Shown here piece by piece: positions 1 to 12,906 of a stretch of 64,000 bases of DNA. The DNA is from Felis catus (taxonomy: Eukaryota), in NCBI RefSeq assembly GCF_018350175.1, contig NC_058368.1:121088001-121152000 (forward strand), read 5' to 3'. Both the position numbers and the translations under genes were made by a program. A model generated the notes under the pieces. The model made no database searches. It worked only from the letters and a program-made list of their open reading frames with translations, and was not told the origin of the DNA. Position 1 is the first letter of the stretch. Every line of letters starts with the position of its first letter.

Positions 1-1218
1 CCACATGGGGTTCAATAATTCTCACCATCAGCAGATGTTTATTCGTTGCCTGTCAGGCCTTCCACCCTGAGCTAGAATCTGTGAAGTAAAGCTGTATAAG
101 GCACAGCCTCCACTCTTATGAATTGTTTCATTCCTGCTTGTGTCTCCAGCACCTTACCCAATGCCTGGCAGACAGGTGATACTCAAACTGTTTGTGGAAC
201 TACACTTCTGAGTTTAAAATCTATTGGGTGTTCATATGGGTTTGGAAAACAAACAAACATGCAACCATAAAAAGAAAGTATGAAAAGGAAGTATGTGAGT
301 AGGTTTTTTTTTTAAATTCTTGAAAACAAAAATAACACCTTACATATATTTGACCTGTGTTCTTCAATCTACTGAAAGCTTTCAAACATAGTTTTCATAC
401 CTATCTTCGGGAATGCATTAAAGTTTCCATCTTGTTGACAAGTACATACAGGATCAGGGGAATAAAGTGATTTGTGCCACATTACAAAGATGAGCTTTAG
501 TGGGCTATAAGTTCAGAACAGCTTCTATTTCAAAAGCATAGCTCTTGACTTGGCTACCAGGGGGCAATCTCCATTCTCCTGCCCACATACTTCCATTCTC
601 AGAGAAAAGGGAAGTCCGAGCAGTATATGAAAAGTCAGCATTTGTGTTAGAAGGGCCCCCAAATTGTATGTCACCTCAAAGTAGTGAAGGGAGGAGAGAA
701 AAATAATTGCACAAGCCACCAGAGGCACAGAAATACAAGTGACCTCACCTCGGGGGTTCATATCTAGGGCCAGCTTTTAATTTACAAACACAAAGATACT
801 GAATTTGCGAGTGTCTCATTTTGCTTTTTCTAGAAAAAAAAAAGATATCAGATCCCACCTTTACCATCACTAAACAGTCTCAAGAATAAAGTCCTAAATA
901 AACTCACCTAAAACACTCTCAGGATGACTTCCACAGAAGCCATTTATGCAGGCTCAACTGTAAAGGTTTATCAGGAAGTCAGGCTGATACAGGAAAACAT
1001 CCCCACTTGGCTAAAAGGTAAAAGACCATTTAGGACAAGTGGCTCCTAAGATTGAAAAGCTAACTCATTAAGCCTCTTAAAAAAAAAAAAAAAAAAAAAA
1101 AAGAGGAAAGCCAGAAAAGGCAAAACCTCACAGGAAAAATATATTCTTACTTCTGAGCAAAAGCAAGAATACGCAGGAATTACTTGGGTTTCTCACTTTA
1201 AAAATTTAAAGTCACTTC

Positions 1219-1420
1219 GGGTGCCTCGTGGCTCAACTGGTTAAGCCTCTGACTCTAGATTTCAGCTTGGGTCATAATCTCATGGTTCTTGAGTTCAAGC
1301 CCTGCATGGGGCTTTGAGCTGGAAGTGTGGAGCTTGCTTGGGATTCTCTCTCTCTGTCTCTCTCTCTTTCTGTCTCTACCCCTCCCCAGGTCTCTTTCAA
1401 AGTAAATAAATAAACTTAAA
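1219..1420 (+). mobile_element. Can-SINE (older copy)
   Basis: tRNA-like head, (CT)n body, A-rich tail; imperfect TSD aaaatttaaagtcactt / aaaatttaaatccactt. Confidence 0.9.
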
Positions 1421-2547
1421 AAATTTAAATCCACTTGATGATTTCCAGATAATACTCATCAGAAACCAAATGAGATATAGCTGTGCATTCTATCTCCTTT
1501 CTACCCATTTCCACGTGAATGTAGGACCGCTGCCCAAGCTATGATGGGTTGAGGGGAATTGGAATTAAGATTCATAAAACCCCCTCTCTGCCATCAAGAA
1601 CATACAATCTACTGTGAGATCATGCCAGAAACCCTTGGGAGTATTTACCCATCCCACCACCCTTTTCCCTGGGACATGACTTCCCACCCAATCCAGTCAC
1701 GACCTGGGACGAGCCATATTCGTAAAACCTGACGTCCACCCTCCTGGCTACGCTTGACCTATGAAATGCCAACAAGAGTCTCTTCCAAAGAATTTGTAAA
1801 TGAATGAAATAAGCAGACAGTCTCTTGGTTGGCCAAAACTCTATACAAGATGTACACCTGGACTGTAGAGGCCCACATGATAAGAAAGAGAATACAACAG
1901 ATGCATACTCTTATAGACAAGTGCTGAAGAAGGAATAGTATCTGGGTTCCTGGCATCTCTCAGTCCCAGGGCAGACCATTCTGAAGCCTGCCTGCCTCAC
2001 GGCCCTTGTACCCTTACAATGAATGAGCTAGCCTAAAGTAGTTTCTATTACTTATAACCAAAGAGTCCTAATAACTACAGAGAAAGTAAGACTACCACAC
2101 AAATGCATCTGATACACAGCAAAGGTGCTGAGTGGGCAAACCATCTGCTTTGTTTATCTGAAAAATCTTGCAGAGTAAAGTGGCAAGGGGTAAGACTTGT
2201 AAAACATGGGGATGTGAGTTCAGACTCCACCTTTTGCTCTCCTTGTGACCTTGAGTAAATCCATTTAAAAGCCCACGCTTACCACAGAGCCTAGCAAAAA
2301 GCAGGTGCTCCACGTATACGTGTAAGAAAAAGGCAGACAAGCAGCCACCCACATATTAGGTGCACTTAACTCTTCCAAGACATTTCTCATCGATAAAATG
2401 GGACTAATAATGTTCACTTTATGCATCACACAGGATCAGAATATCCACAACCACTGTATGGTTAAAAGTCATTACAAGGTTCAGATTGATGGACAGGTCG
2501 AACATAAACCCATCTGAATTAATCAAGGACTATTTATTTATCTAAAG

Positions 2548-2920
2548 CAGGGGTTGGCAAACTATATAGCCCACAGGCCAAATCCAGTCCACCACCAGTG
2601 TTTGTGTGATCCACAAGAATGGTTTTCACAAATGAACATTTGCAATTTGATGGTAGGGAACACTAACTCTGAATCACAATTTAGCTAAACGTTATGTCCT
2701 CCCACAAAATGGAATCCCATTTTTCTGATCCGAAGAACTATATTACAAAAAAAATTCAACTATTATTATATTTTTAATTTTGTAAATAAAAAAAAATTGT
2801 GGAAACTTGTTTCTCTCTTGCTATAAAGCCCCAACATAATATCTCCAGTTTGCTTCTTGGCCCACAAAGCCTAACGTATTTACTATCTGGTTCTTTACAG
2901 AAAATTTTTCTCAATCTTGA
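2548..2920 (+). mobile_element. hAT-Charlie non-autonomous DNA transposon (MER58-like)
   Basis: Starts caggggttggcaaacta...gcccacaggccaaatcc; ends with the typical ...ttggcccacaaagcct...tttactatctgg...tttacagaaaa segment. Confidence 0.7.
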
Positions 2921-3314
2921 TCAAAAAAGTGTATGATACTCAGGGATATGGCAGTGAAATTATTTCTGTCATCAGACCCATTAATTTCACAGTGCAATTT
3001 TGCACAACATGTGGGTTTTTACACAGGCATACTTTGCAATATAGCAGAAAAACTTCCAATCATGTGTGAGTGAGTAAGGTCATATCAGACCTTCTAGAAG
3101 CCCAGCTATCCACTTCGAGCCCAGCTTCAACAGGCTGGGCCAGTCTAGATATGTGCATTTCTGAGACAGGAATACACCATTAATCTTGACAGTATGTTTA
3201 TGGAGTACAGTACAGTATCAAACGCTCGTTCATCATCCTCAGCCTCCCAGACTAACACATCATGGTCCAGGCTCATTCTTGAACCTAGATCTGCAAAGCG
3301 AGAACAAAGGTTTG

Positions 3315-3374
3315 CTACCCAGATAATCTCTGGAGCCACAATATTCCTTCAGACGAACCATTAAACCTATTATT
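3315..3374 (-). other. Candidate alternative terminal coding exon / degenerate duplicate of the PRELID2 last coding exon
   Basis: Acceptor ttaccttgttttgtcttgtag followed by exactly 60 nt ending in TAG. The phase-0 frame gives NNRFNGSSEGILWLQRLSG*; an alternative frame gives IIGLMVRLKEYCGS, resembling canonical IRIMEMLLKEQCG(A/S). Confidence 0.45.
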
Positions 3375-3488
3375 CTACAAGACAAAACAAGGTAACATAT
3401 GCATAGCATATGTCCTGAGTAAATCCAGGAAGTGATTATGCCCCTTATCACAATAACAACAACAACAATTTAAAAGTACAATATTATA

Positions 3489-3705
3489 GGGGCGCCTGGG
3501 TGGTGCAGTCGGTTGAGCGTCCGACTTCAGCCAGGTCACGATCTCGCAGCCCGTGGGTTCGAGCCCCGCGTCAGGCTCTGGGCTGATGGCTCGGAGCCTG
3601 GAGCCTGTTTCCGATTCTGTGTCTCCCTCTCTCTCTGCCCCTCCCCCGTTCATGCTCTGTCTCCCTCTGTCCCAAAAATAAATAAACGTTGAAAAAAAAA
3701 ATTTT
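3489..3705 (+). mobile_element. Young Can-SINE (SINEC_Fc-type)
   Basis: CpG-rich, near-consensus body; perfect 16-bp TSD aaagtacaatattata (3473-3488 / 3706-3721). Confidence 0.95.
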
Positions 3706-3912
3706 AAAGTACAATATTATATATAAAACAAGTTAATAAAAATTAAATAATAATTTCTCAATACTTCAGAACTCCTGTAATAAGCATATCATAATGCATA
3801 AGGAATAGACTTTACCTTAAAGACATTTTGAAAATAATGCTGTGAAGGCAAGAAAATGAGACATATAAATTTCTCTATATAAGACAGATTAAAAATAGAA
3901 TAGCTCTATTTA

Positions 3913-4133
3913 TTTATTTTATTTTATTTTTACATTTATTCATTTTTGAGAGAGAGAGACAGAGCACAACCGGGGGAGGGGCAGAGAGAGAGAGGGAGAC
4001 ACAGAATCCGAAGCAGGCTCCAGGCTCCCAGCTATCAGCACAGAGCCCAATGCGGGGCTTGAACTCACAAACCACAAGATCATGACATGAGCCAAAGTCG
4101 GATGCACAACCAACTGAGCCACCCAGGTGCCCC
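3913..4133 (-). mobile_element. Can-SINE
   Basis: Reverse-complement SINE with TSD agaatagctctattta. Confidence 0.93.
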
Positions 4134-4711
4134 AAGAATAGCTCTATTTAAAACAGGGTACAACCTTAGACTCTAAGGTGGTCTCTAAATCACCTTCATG
4201 GAACCCTAAACTCCCACAGAATTTGAAAAACACAAGAAGTGACAACCAGGAACTCAAGGTCTCTGTATCTTCTTCATCCATAATAACAGAACAACAAAAA
4301 TAGCTACTTCAAAGGTTTGTATTAAATAATAAATAAAAATTCTTTTTACAGTGAGTTCATAATAAATGCTCAATAAATACTAGCTATTATCTTTTTCACT
4401 AAATGGGTGTCATCATACTGAATATACTGAAAATGTAATTACTCATTCTGATTATATCTCTTAGTTCTCCATATTATTACATATTCTTTACTGGCATAGT
4501 TTTAATTTAATGGGTCACAAATGGCATTTAAGTTTTACTTTGATTTGGATGTATGCAATAATTAGCAAAGATACTTATTTTTGCATCTATTTGTTTATTT
4601 TTTATTTGTTTGTTTATAAACTGTATTTTTTTTCTCATCGTGTCTGCTCAGGAGCCTTATTCCATAACCCAACAGGAATCTTCATGATTTCTTAAAATAA
4701 ATATTGGTTCA

Positions 4712-4873
<162 letters not shown>

Positions 4874-5034
4874 CTACGTTTGGATACTTAAACTACAGAG
4901 ATTTCCCAAAGCATTACCATTTAAAGTCAACACAAAACAATATCCATAATAATTCAATAACTGCCTGTTACAACAAAAGTTTTGTTAAAAAGAGATTTAC
5001 AGTTTATATAAGCAATTGTTTTATTCAAGTTAAG

Positions 5035-5210
5035 AATATTTCATGTTGCTAAAAGAGTAAATTTTAATTTTCTCATCACACACAAAAATAATTGTGTGAG
5101 AGGTGATGGGTGCGTATTATGGTAATCATTTTGCAACACATACATATATAAAATTATGTTGTACACCTTACACTATGTTATATGCCAATTAAGCCAAGAG
5201 AAAAAAGAAA
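5035..5210 (+). mobile_element. Old L1 3' end fragment
   Basis: Typical L1M 3'-UTR terminus (gttgctaaaagagtaaat...ggtaatcattttgcaa...gttgtacacctt). Confidence 0.65.
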
Positions 5211-5348
5211 ATATATATAGCTTCATTATTCTAAGTGTAACTACTGCAGAATATAGGATGTCTAGTCATAGCTAAGACTACATAATCCCATGATAAAATT
5301 GTGATAGTCAGGAGATCTGTACTCTATCTTTAAAATGTTGTTCTTCTT

Positions 5349-5575
5349 GGGGAGCCTGGGTGGCTCAGTCGGTTAAGTATCCGCTTTCAGTTCTGGTCAT
5401 GATCTCACGGCTTGTGAGTTCAAGCCCCGCGTTGGGCTCTGTGCTGACAGCTCAGAGCCTGGAGCCTGCTTTCGACTCTGTCTCCCTATCTCTCTGCTCC
5501 TCCCCTGTTCATGCTCTGTCTCTCCCTCTCTCTCAGAAATAAATACACATTTAAAAAAAAATATTTTTAATACAT
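5349..5575 (+). mobile_element. Can-SINE
   Basis: SINE consensus, A-rich tail, TSD aaatgttgttctt. Confidence 0.93.
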
Positions 5576-6297
5576 AAATAAAATGTTGTTCTTGACTCAC
5601 AATAAACTTAACTAATTCCAATTAAAATATATGTATATATTATTATGAATATATATATTCATTTCATGCTGCAAAATGGCCTTTTAAAATGGAGTCTGAG
5701 ATAATTATCAGATGTAGGACTTTGGTTGGATTACTAAGACTCTCTTAACTCAGTTTCCTCATATGTAAAAATGGGAATATTCATAGTATCTTTCATTCAC
5801 AACTATCTTGAGAAGTAAATATGAACTGTTCCTCAGACACAAGCCTTCATTAAATGTTAGCCACTATTACTACAGAGGGAGCGAGACAGACAGTAGAGAC
5901 AGAGACTAGAAAGTCAGAAGCCTGAGATGACTTCTTTAAGCCTTGATTGGAGGGAAGGGGGGCTGAGATAAGGTGTGCCACTCTGCTATTTAGAGTTCTA
6001 CCAATATTAAATTATCTCTATTTCATAAAACAGAGAACACTTGAGAGTGACATCAGAAAGATGGCAGAATTACCCCCAGGCCCTCACTCCCCCAAGGATG
6101 TTCCACCTTACCAATCTATGGACCAGCTTGCCTTTGGGAGAACACTAGAACTAGTTAAGAGTTTGCAGGTGAGTACAAAGTCAAGAAGTGCCACATCGAA
6201 GTTATCATAACTCTTATTAGACCTTCTGTCTAATTCTCTAGTAGCAGTAGCCTCTATATGCAAATCGTGCAATCAGTAAAAAGAAGCCTTCAGATTC

Positions 6298-6352
6298 CTC
6301 TTTCTCTCTCTCCCTCCCTCTCTCCCCCCTCCCTCCCTCCCTCCCTCCCTCC

Positions 6353-6400
<48 letters not shown>
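6298..6400. repeat. Compound microsatellite (CT/CCCT)n-(CA)n
   Basis: Directly visible. Confidence 0.95.
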
Positions 6401-6403
<3 letters not shown>

Positions 6404-7615
6404 CTATCCTAGCCAATGTGACATAAACAGTCTAGGCAAATAGTCTGTCTAGGCAAAGCAGCCTCCACCTCTTAGATTTAAGCCTATTTAAAATGATTTG
6501 TTCATGTAAAACTACATCCTAGTGACACTAATCTTTCCTGTCTTTATTCTAGATTAGTCAGAGTAGAATTTTACAGTGATTTTAATATTTAAAAATGAAA
6601 AGTTGAGAAGTCTTACACTCTTGGGAGAGATAAACTCTTCAGTCCTCAAGGCAAGTGTAGGTGAGGGATTAATAAAAGTCTCTCTTACATCATATTCTAA
6701 CCAGTATTTCTTTCTGCTACTTTTGGGAGATGGAAGTGTGCAGAAAAGCACTCTCATGGTTTGCCCACATATCAAAGAATAACAGGGCAGTAAAGCAGGG
6801 TCATGCCCTACCATCACTGAAATGAGAGTTTATTCTAGTATATTTTAAGACTGCCAGAGAAGGAAATGTTGCACTTTCCCTCAATAATTCATTGACAAAG
6901 CACATCAGACATTTTCTTCCTACTACACATAGCTAACCTAAATCCCTCATGCTAGATAAGCCTTCTTTAAAGCTCCTGTGAAAAACACAGCAGGTTATAC
7001 AACAATATACAGATTAATTTCAGCTCTTTAAAAAGAAGAAGAAGGAGAAGGAGAAGGAGAAAGAAAAAAAGATGGACGAATAGAAAGATGAGTGGACAGA
7101 GCTGAAATATGAAAAGAATCTCTGGACATTAGAATCATGGGTGTTATCTCCTTATGTTCTTTTTAGTAATTTTCTATAATATATATTGCTTGGCAATCAC
7201 CCAAATAGTAAGGACTTGAAAATCATTTATATATAAACAAAAAGTTATTCTTTTAAAGGCTCTGTGCTCCCAAGAACCATTCTCAGCAAAAGCACATGCT
7301 AACTTCTGACTTACCATTCACTTAAAATCTCATTAAGTCACCTCCTTGGCTTTCCCTTTCCAACACTATATAACCTCTGGTTTGTGTGCCTTTTGTTCTA
7401 AGATTTTCTACTGCCCCCAAACTTGTAGTGTTTGTTTCACTCAAGAGACATAAAGATGATTCAAGTTTTCCTACATCTATCTTTTATCTCTGTTAGGTCT
7501 AAAGAAAGGATTGCATCACACGATGTTATATATCCAGGGTCACTTTGACTCTTCAAAAACCATATAATAGAGTGTATTATGTATCAGACACTGTATTATC
7601 TTCTGAGGTTGTTAC

Positions 7616-7829
7616 TTTTTTTTTAATTTTTTAATGTTTATTTTATTTTTTGAGAGACAGAGTGTGAGCAGGGGAAGGGCAGAGAATGACAGAGACACAG
7701 AATCCGAAGCAGGTTCCAGGCTTTGAGCTGTCATCACAGAGCCCAACACGGGGCTCAAACCCACAAACCATGAGATCAAGACCTGAGCCCAAGTTGGATG
7801 CTCAACCGACTGAGCCACCCAGGCGTCCC
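7616..7829 (-). mobile_element. Can-SINE
   Basis: Reverse-complement SINE, TSD tgaggttgttact. Confidence 0.93.
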
Positions 7830-9555
7830 TGAGGTTGTTACTCTTAAAACATTTTCTCTCTTTTATATGTGAGGAAATTGTGTAAAGGGAAGATAAATAA
7901 CTTGTTCAAGATCATGTAGCTTGCTTGCATGTAGATTCAGTATCCATTGCTTCAAAACCCCAGGCCTGCTCCTACATCCGTTAAAGACACCATCATCCTC
8001 CTAGTCTATGATATTAGAGGCCTCAGCGACATGGAAGTAAACTCCCTTTCTAATCAACCCAAGCATTTAATCAGTCACCAGACTGTACTTATTTTTCTTC
8101 TAACGTCTCTCAACAGTCCGTGTCATTCTCTCCCCTGCTACTGGGAATGCCAGGGGTTAGCATAGCAATTTTCTCTTTCCAGGACCACAACTGCCTCTCA
8201 GGGGGATCCCTGTCTCCAGCGTGGACTCTCTATAATCCACACTGCCCAAAGCCAGTTTCCTAAACACATGCTGATCTAGTCACTGGCTGTTCACTAAGTC
8301 ACAAACAATAAACCCTGCATGCTCAGTTGAGATTCATCCATATTATTGCATGTAGCTGTCGTTTGTTCATTTTCATGGCTGCATAGTGTTCCGCTGTTTG
8401 AAAATACTCTCAATTATTTGTCCATTCTACTGAAGATGAACATTTTATAATGCATCCAGGTACATATGTACACAAGTGCCTCTAGACTACCTAACAGCTG
8501 AATTTCTGGGTCTGTCTTTACTAGATGATGTCAACGGTTTTTCTAGATAGTTCTATTTGTACATTTTTTATTGCCTCAATGGCAACTTCAATGGCTAGCC
8601 CCTGGTGGAAAATCGATAGCGCATTAGGAACAAAAGCATGGACAGAAGGAAAGTGGGGGCAGAAGAGAAGGAAGCAAAAAAAATGGGCCAATTTATAGTT
8701 CATCTCAATACTTTTGTCAGGGAAATTGAATCAAGTATCTCAAGATTTCTACCTGCTGACATCAGTAAGGGGCAGCCCTCACCTGGCTAAGAGATAAGAC
8801 ACCCCAGTACCTGGAAAATTATGTTAAAAGAGGAGGCTCACTCACTCACGCGGTGCCTGTATCCAGGCCACATCTATTGCTTTGTCCACAGGCAGGCGTA
8901 AGTCAACACAGAAGACAGTGGAATCATGACAGGGAAAGAACACCTCAAACTTAGGAACACCTTTGTGAAAGTGAATGGTGGTGTGTACAATCAGTCTCCT
9001 ACTTTTAGGTCATTTAAAAATGTGTTTCCTTCTGGATTTGGGAAAATTAAAAAAAAAAGCTCAGAGGAAATATGGATAAATTAATTCCCAGAGCACGAAG
9101 CCACCAGCTCTGAATCCTCAAAATGGCAGTTTCCGGGAAAGCAAAAGCTCTTAATGAGATCCTGTCCTTGAGTTATTGACTGGTTAGGTATGGCAAATCT
9201 TGCCTAATTGTTTTCATGATGGGAATTTAATTAAAGTGTCTTGGAGGGGGAAAAAAAGTTCCCAAAGATATTCCTGTTGTGATGACATCTCAGTTCTAAT
9301 CATGGTGATTTTGGCATTCTCCTGTAACCACAGAGGGGTAGCCCAAAAGAAAGGCAGGGTGTGCAGGTCAGGTTGCCTGCTCTTGCCCCTGCTAAGCCCC
9401 TGGGTCTAGCAGTCACACAGAGAATACATGAAATCCACCAAGCCAGAACATGTAGTCTGTCCCACCCCATCTGACCAAGCCCATTTATGCCATAATGCTT
9501 CTGCAGAGAACCCATTCAATTTACAGAGATCTCAAGTGCTAAGCAGTTGTCAGCC

Positions 9556-9557
<2 letters not shown>

Positions 9558-9603
<46 letters not shown>
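9558..9603. repeat. (CA)n microsatellite
   Basis: Directly visible. Confidence 0.95.
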
Positions 9604-9607
<4 letters not shown>

Positions 9608-10829
9608 AAGACAACAGAGATTAAGGGTGAAGCTCCTGGAGTCAGATTACCTGGATTCACGTCTCATCTCTAACCTGCCTAAGAGGCAAGTCCCTGATGC
9701 TCTGTGATGTGCAGTCTCCTCAGTAAAATGGGATTAATGACACCTATGACACAGGTTGTTCCAAAGGTGAATAAGGTCTTATGTGTCAAGCACTCGAGGT
9801 GATATGGGTAACCATTCAATAAATGTTAGTTAACAATACTAACCCCACTACTATGACTACTCCTACAACTACTAATGCCATTTAATACTACCATCATTAT
9901 TATTACCATTTACACAAAGACAAAAACAGTGTCTGAGAAGTTAAATGCTCACAGCACAAATTCCAGGTATGGTCAATCCCCAAACCTTCGTACCTCATTA
10001 ACTTCTAGGTGACACTCAATCACCCTAAACCACTTGGAAATGAATCTCTCCCTCCCCATTCTGGCATCCAAAGCCCTTTGGGCTCCAGAGCCCTCTCTTC
10101 TCACCAATCTCCTCCCCACCCTGCTATCACACATCACACATACACTCTGCACACCAGCCATGTGAAACCAAACACCCCACTAGCCTCTCTAACCCCCACT
10201 CCTAGAGCCCCCCCCCCTCCCCGAGCTGCTCTAATGCCTCCTGGGAATGGGTTATTAGCAATAGCCCTCATTATTAACAGTAAGCTGCAGCAGGGAATAC
10301 TATAATGCTAAGGAATAATCAAATGGTGGAATCTCAGGAGCCCGATAGCCTAGTGGAGGTACATATTTTAGGTCAGGGAGGCTCACTCTCTTAAAGCACA
10401 GTGTTTAAGAATTGATAACCAATTATAATAGGTAACACTTGTTAATAGCCTACTGTGGTAAAGCACTGTATTAAGTCCTTTACATACACACATTTCAGTT
10501 AATTCTCACAACAATCTTATGAGGTAATACAACCCCATATTACAGATAAAAAAAAAAAAACTGAGGTCCAAAGATGCAAATTTGTAAAGTCTCATAAAAA
10601 TAAGTGACAGAACCACTATTTAAATCCACACGGTTAACCTCAGATCCCGTATCCCCACAATCCTACTACCTAGAAAAATGTCTATTCAGTGCAAGCTTAC
10701 TGGCATCCTGAGTGGTGGGCAAAGTTTCAAAATCTGTAACAGTTTGTGAACCTGTCCAATCAGAGTCTTATCTTGGGATATCAGGCCTCCCAGTGCATCC
10801 CATTTGGTGCTGACTTCAAGGACACATCA

Positions 10830-10975
10830 GTCACACAATGCTCACCTCTCAGAAGGGCTCCCCACTTAGTTAAATGATCTGACGTCACTGGTTTTGAAGT
10901 TCTCAAACATTTAGAACAAGGAACCCTGAATTTTCGTTTTGCACTGGGCCTTGCAAATTATGTAGCCATTCCTGA
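10830..10975. mobile_element. hAT-type DNA transposon fragment (MER91-like)
   Basis: Ends ttttgcactgggccttgcaaattatgtagcc..cctg, as I remember MER91 termini. Confidence 0.5.
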
Positions 10976-12694
10976 TCCCAATTCCAAAGTAGGTCTATAC
11001 AACACTGCCAACTGCCATGCCCTTGGGGAGTTTTCTGAGATGCTTAGAAATGCACGCTTCAGCTTAGCAATACCTAACCTAATAAATGCCTCAAACACAT
11101 ACAAACCCTTAGACTCATATATCTACTTCTAAAAATATGTCCTAAGCAAATAATCTTAGTTGAGGGCTTAGAGCAGCCTATAAAGATATTCCTCACATCA
11201 TTATTTATAAGAGCAAATAACGAGAAATAATGCAAATGCCCAACACAGACATTTAATGAAACACACTAGAATAATTTTATCCAACGAATACATCTAAACA
11301 ACCATAGAAAGTCATTTTAAAATGACACATTTAATAAGGAAAGACAGTCCCAAATGTAATGTTAAATTAATGTAAAAGTCAGAATACTATGTACAATAGG
11401 ATTCCATGTTTGCAAAAGTGATTTTTCTGCAGAATGAGTAAATAAACTGTAGCAACTACAGTATGCTACCCAACACTGGGAAAACAAGTACTGATACACC
11501 CGGATGAGGCTCCCAGACACAAGATTTAACAAAAGAAAACTGATACAACAGAGTACGGAGTCCATTCCACATGAAGACCAACAACAGGCAGCATTAAGCT
11601 ATAAGGATGGAGGTCAGAATACTGGCTCCCTTTGGAGCCACCAACTACTAGAAAAGCACACACCTGAAGAGGGCATGAACATAATCTGTTTTTTCCTACA
11701 TGTATTTCGCAACTGTCCTACAATGAGCAGGAAATACATGTAGAAAACAAAGAGGAAAGATTATTTTAATGTATGATAATAAAGGACAACTGGAGAAAGA
11801 CTCACCCAAACTAGACCTATATGAGGGGCCAGGTTTTCCTACCTTCAGACAAGAGTCTGTTGAGTCATCCTAGAGCAGAGGGATATTACCCCATAAATTA
11901 TCCCCTAAATTCCTCCCAATTCTCCAACCCTCTTGAGGTCAGGCACATAGAATGGAGCTGCCTCGACCTCCTGCACAGAAAAGGTCTCAAAATGTAGCTG
12001 TTTAAATGCAGACCAGGAAACTGAACTCAACCTGGCTTTTTTATTCTCTATCTCCTTGCCTAGCTACCACTATTATCCTTGATTGGAAAGACAACAACCA
12101 AGCTCCCAGGTGTCAGTTCTCAACCCCATGTAGGAGGCACACCCTGAGACCAGGCAGATGGGCATCAGATTCCTGGTGTGCTCTCTTAAGACCTTTAGGT
12201 TGTTCTGCGGGATATCCATGCATGTGATAAAATACTGTCATTTTTAATACTCAAACTATTTATTTACTACAGGTGTAAGTGCTGCAAGAAAGAAAATCTA
12301 ATCAGCACCTCTAATCCAAAACAGGAAACAATGCAACACAATTTTGACACTAAAGAGAGTCACTGAAGTCTCCCTTCTTCCTCCCTTCCTTCCACTAACA
12401 ACACCTTCCTTGCATAAATTCAAGAAGGCCCTCAACTGAATTTTGTTGAACTTTCCAAGAGGGTGTTTCTGGTAAAAAGTGTTTACCTGTTTGTTGAAGG
12501 GCCAGATTATCAACTGGTCATGCTATACAACACTGACAGGTTTCAGCAGTATGTTTGAGGATACTGACTAATTACCAGGGGCTCCCAAATCTAAGTGCAC
12601 GACAGATTCACCTGAAGAACTTAAAAACCATTGATTCCCAAGAGACAGCCCCAGGCCTACACAACTAGAGCCAACACAATGAATCTACATGTTT

Positions 12695-12906
12695 TTTTTT
12701 TTTCAACGTTTATTTATTTTTGAGACAGAGAGAGACAGAGCACGAATGGGGGAGGGGCAGAGAGAGAGGGAGACACAGAATCGGAAACAGGCTCCAGGCT
12801 CTGAGCCATCAGCCCAGAGCCCGACGTGGGGCTCGAACTCACGGACCGCGAGATCGTGACCTGGCTGAAGTTGGACGCTTAACCGACTGCGCCACCCAGG
12901 CGCCCC
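12695..12906 (-). mobile_element. Young Can-SINE (SINEC_Fc-type) nested in a MER5-like hAT element (~12576-12960)
   Basis: CpG-rich consensus-like copy, TSD tgaatctacatgttt; the flank begins caggggctcccaaa, a hAT-type TIR. Confidence 0.92.

Noticed and set aside
3489..3570. tRNA-like A/B boxes (tggctcagtcgg / gttcgagccc) here and at many other sites
   Set aside because: These are heads of tRNA-derived SINEs, each followed by a (CT)n body, A-tail and TSD; they are not tRNA genes.
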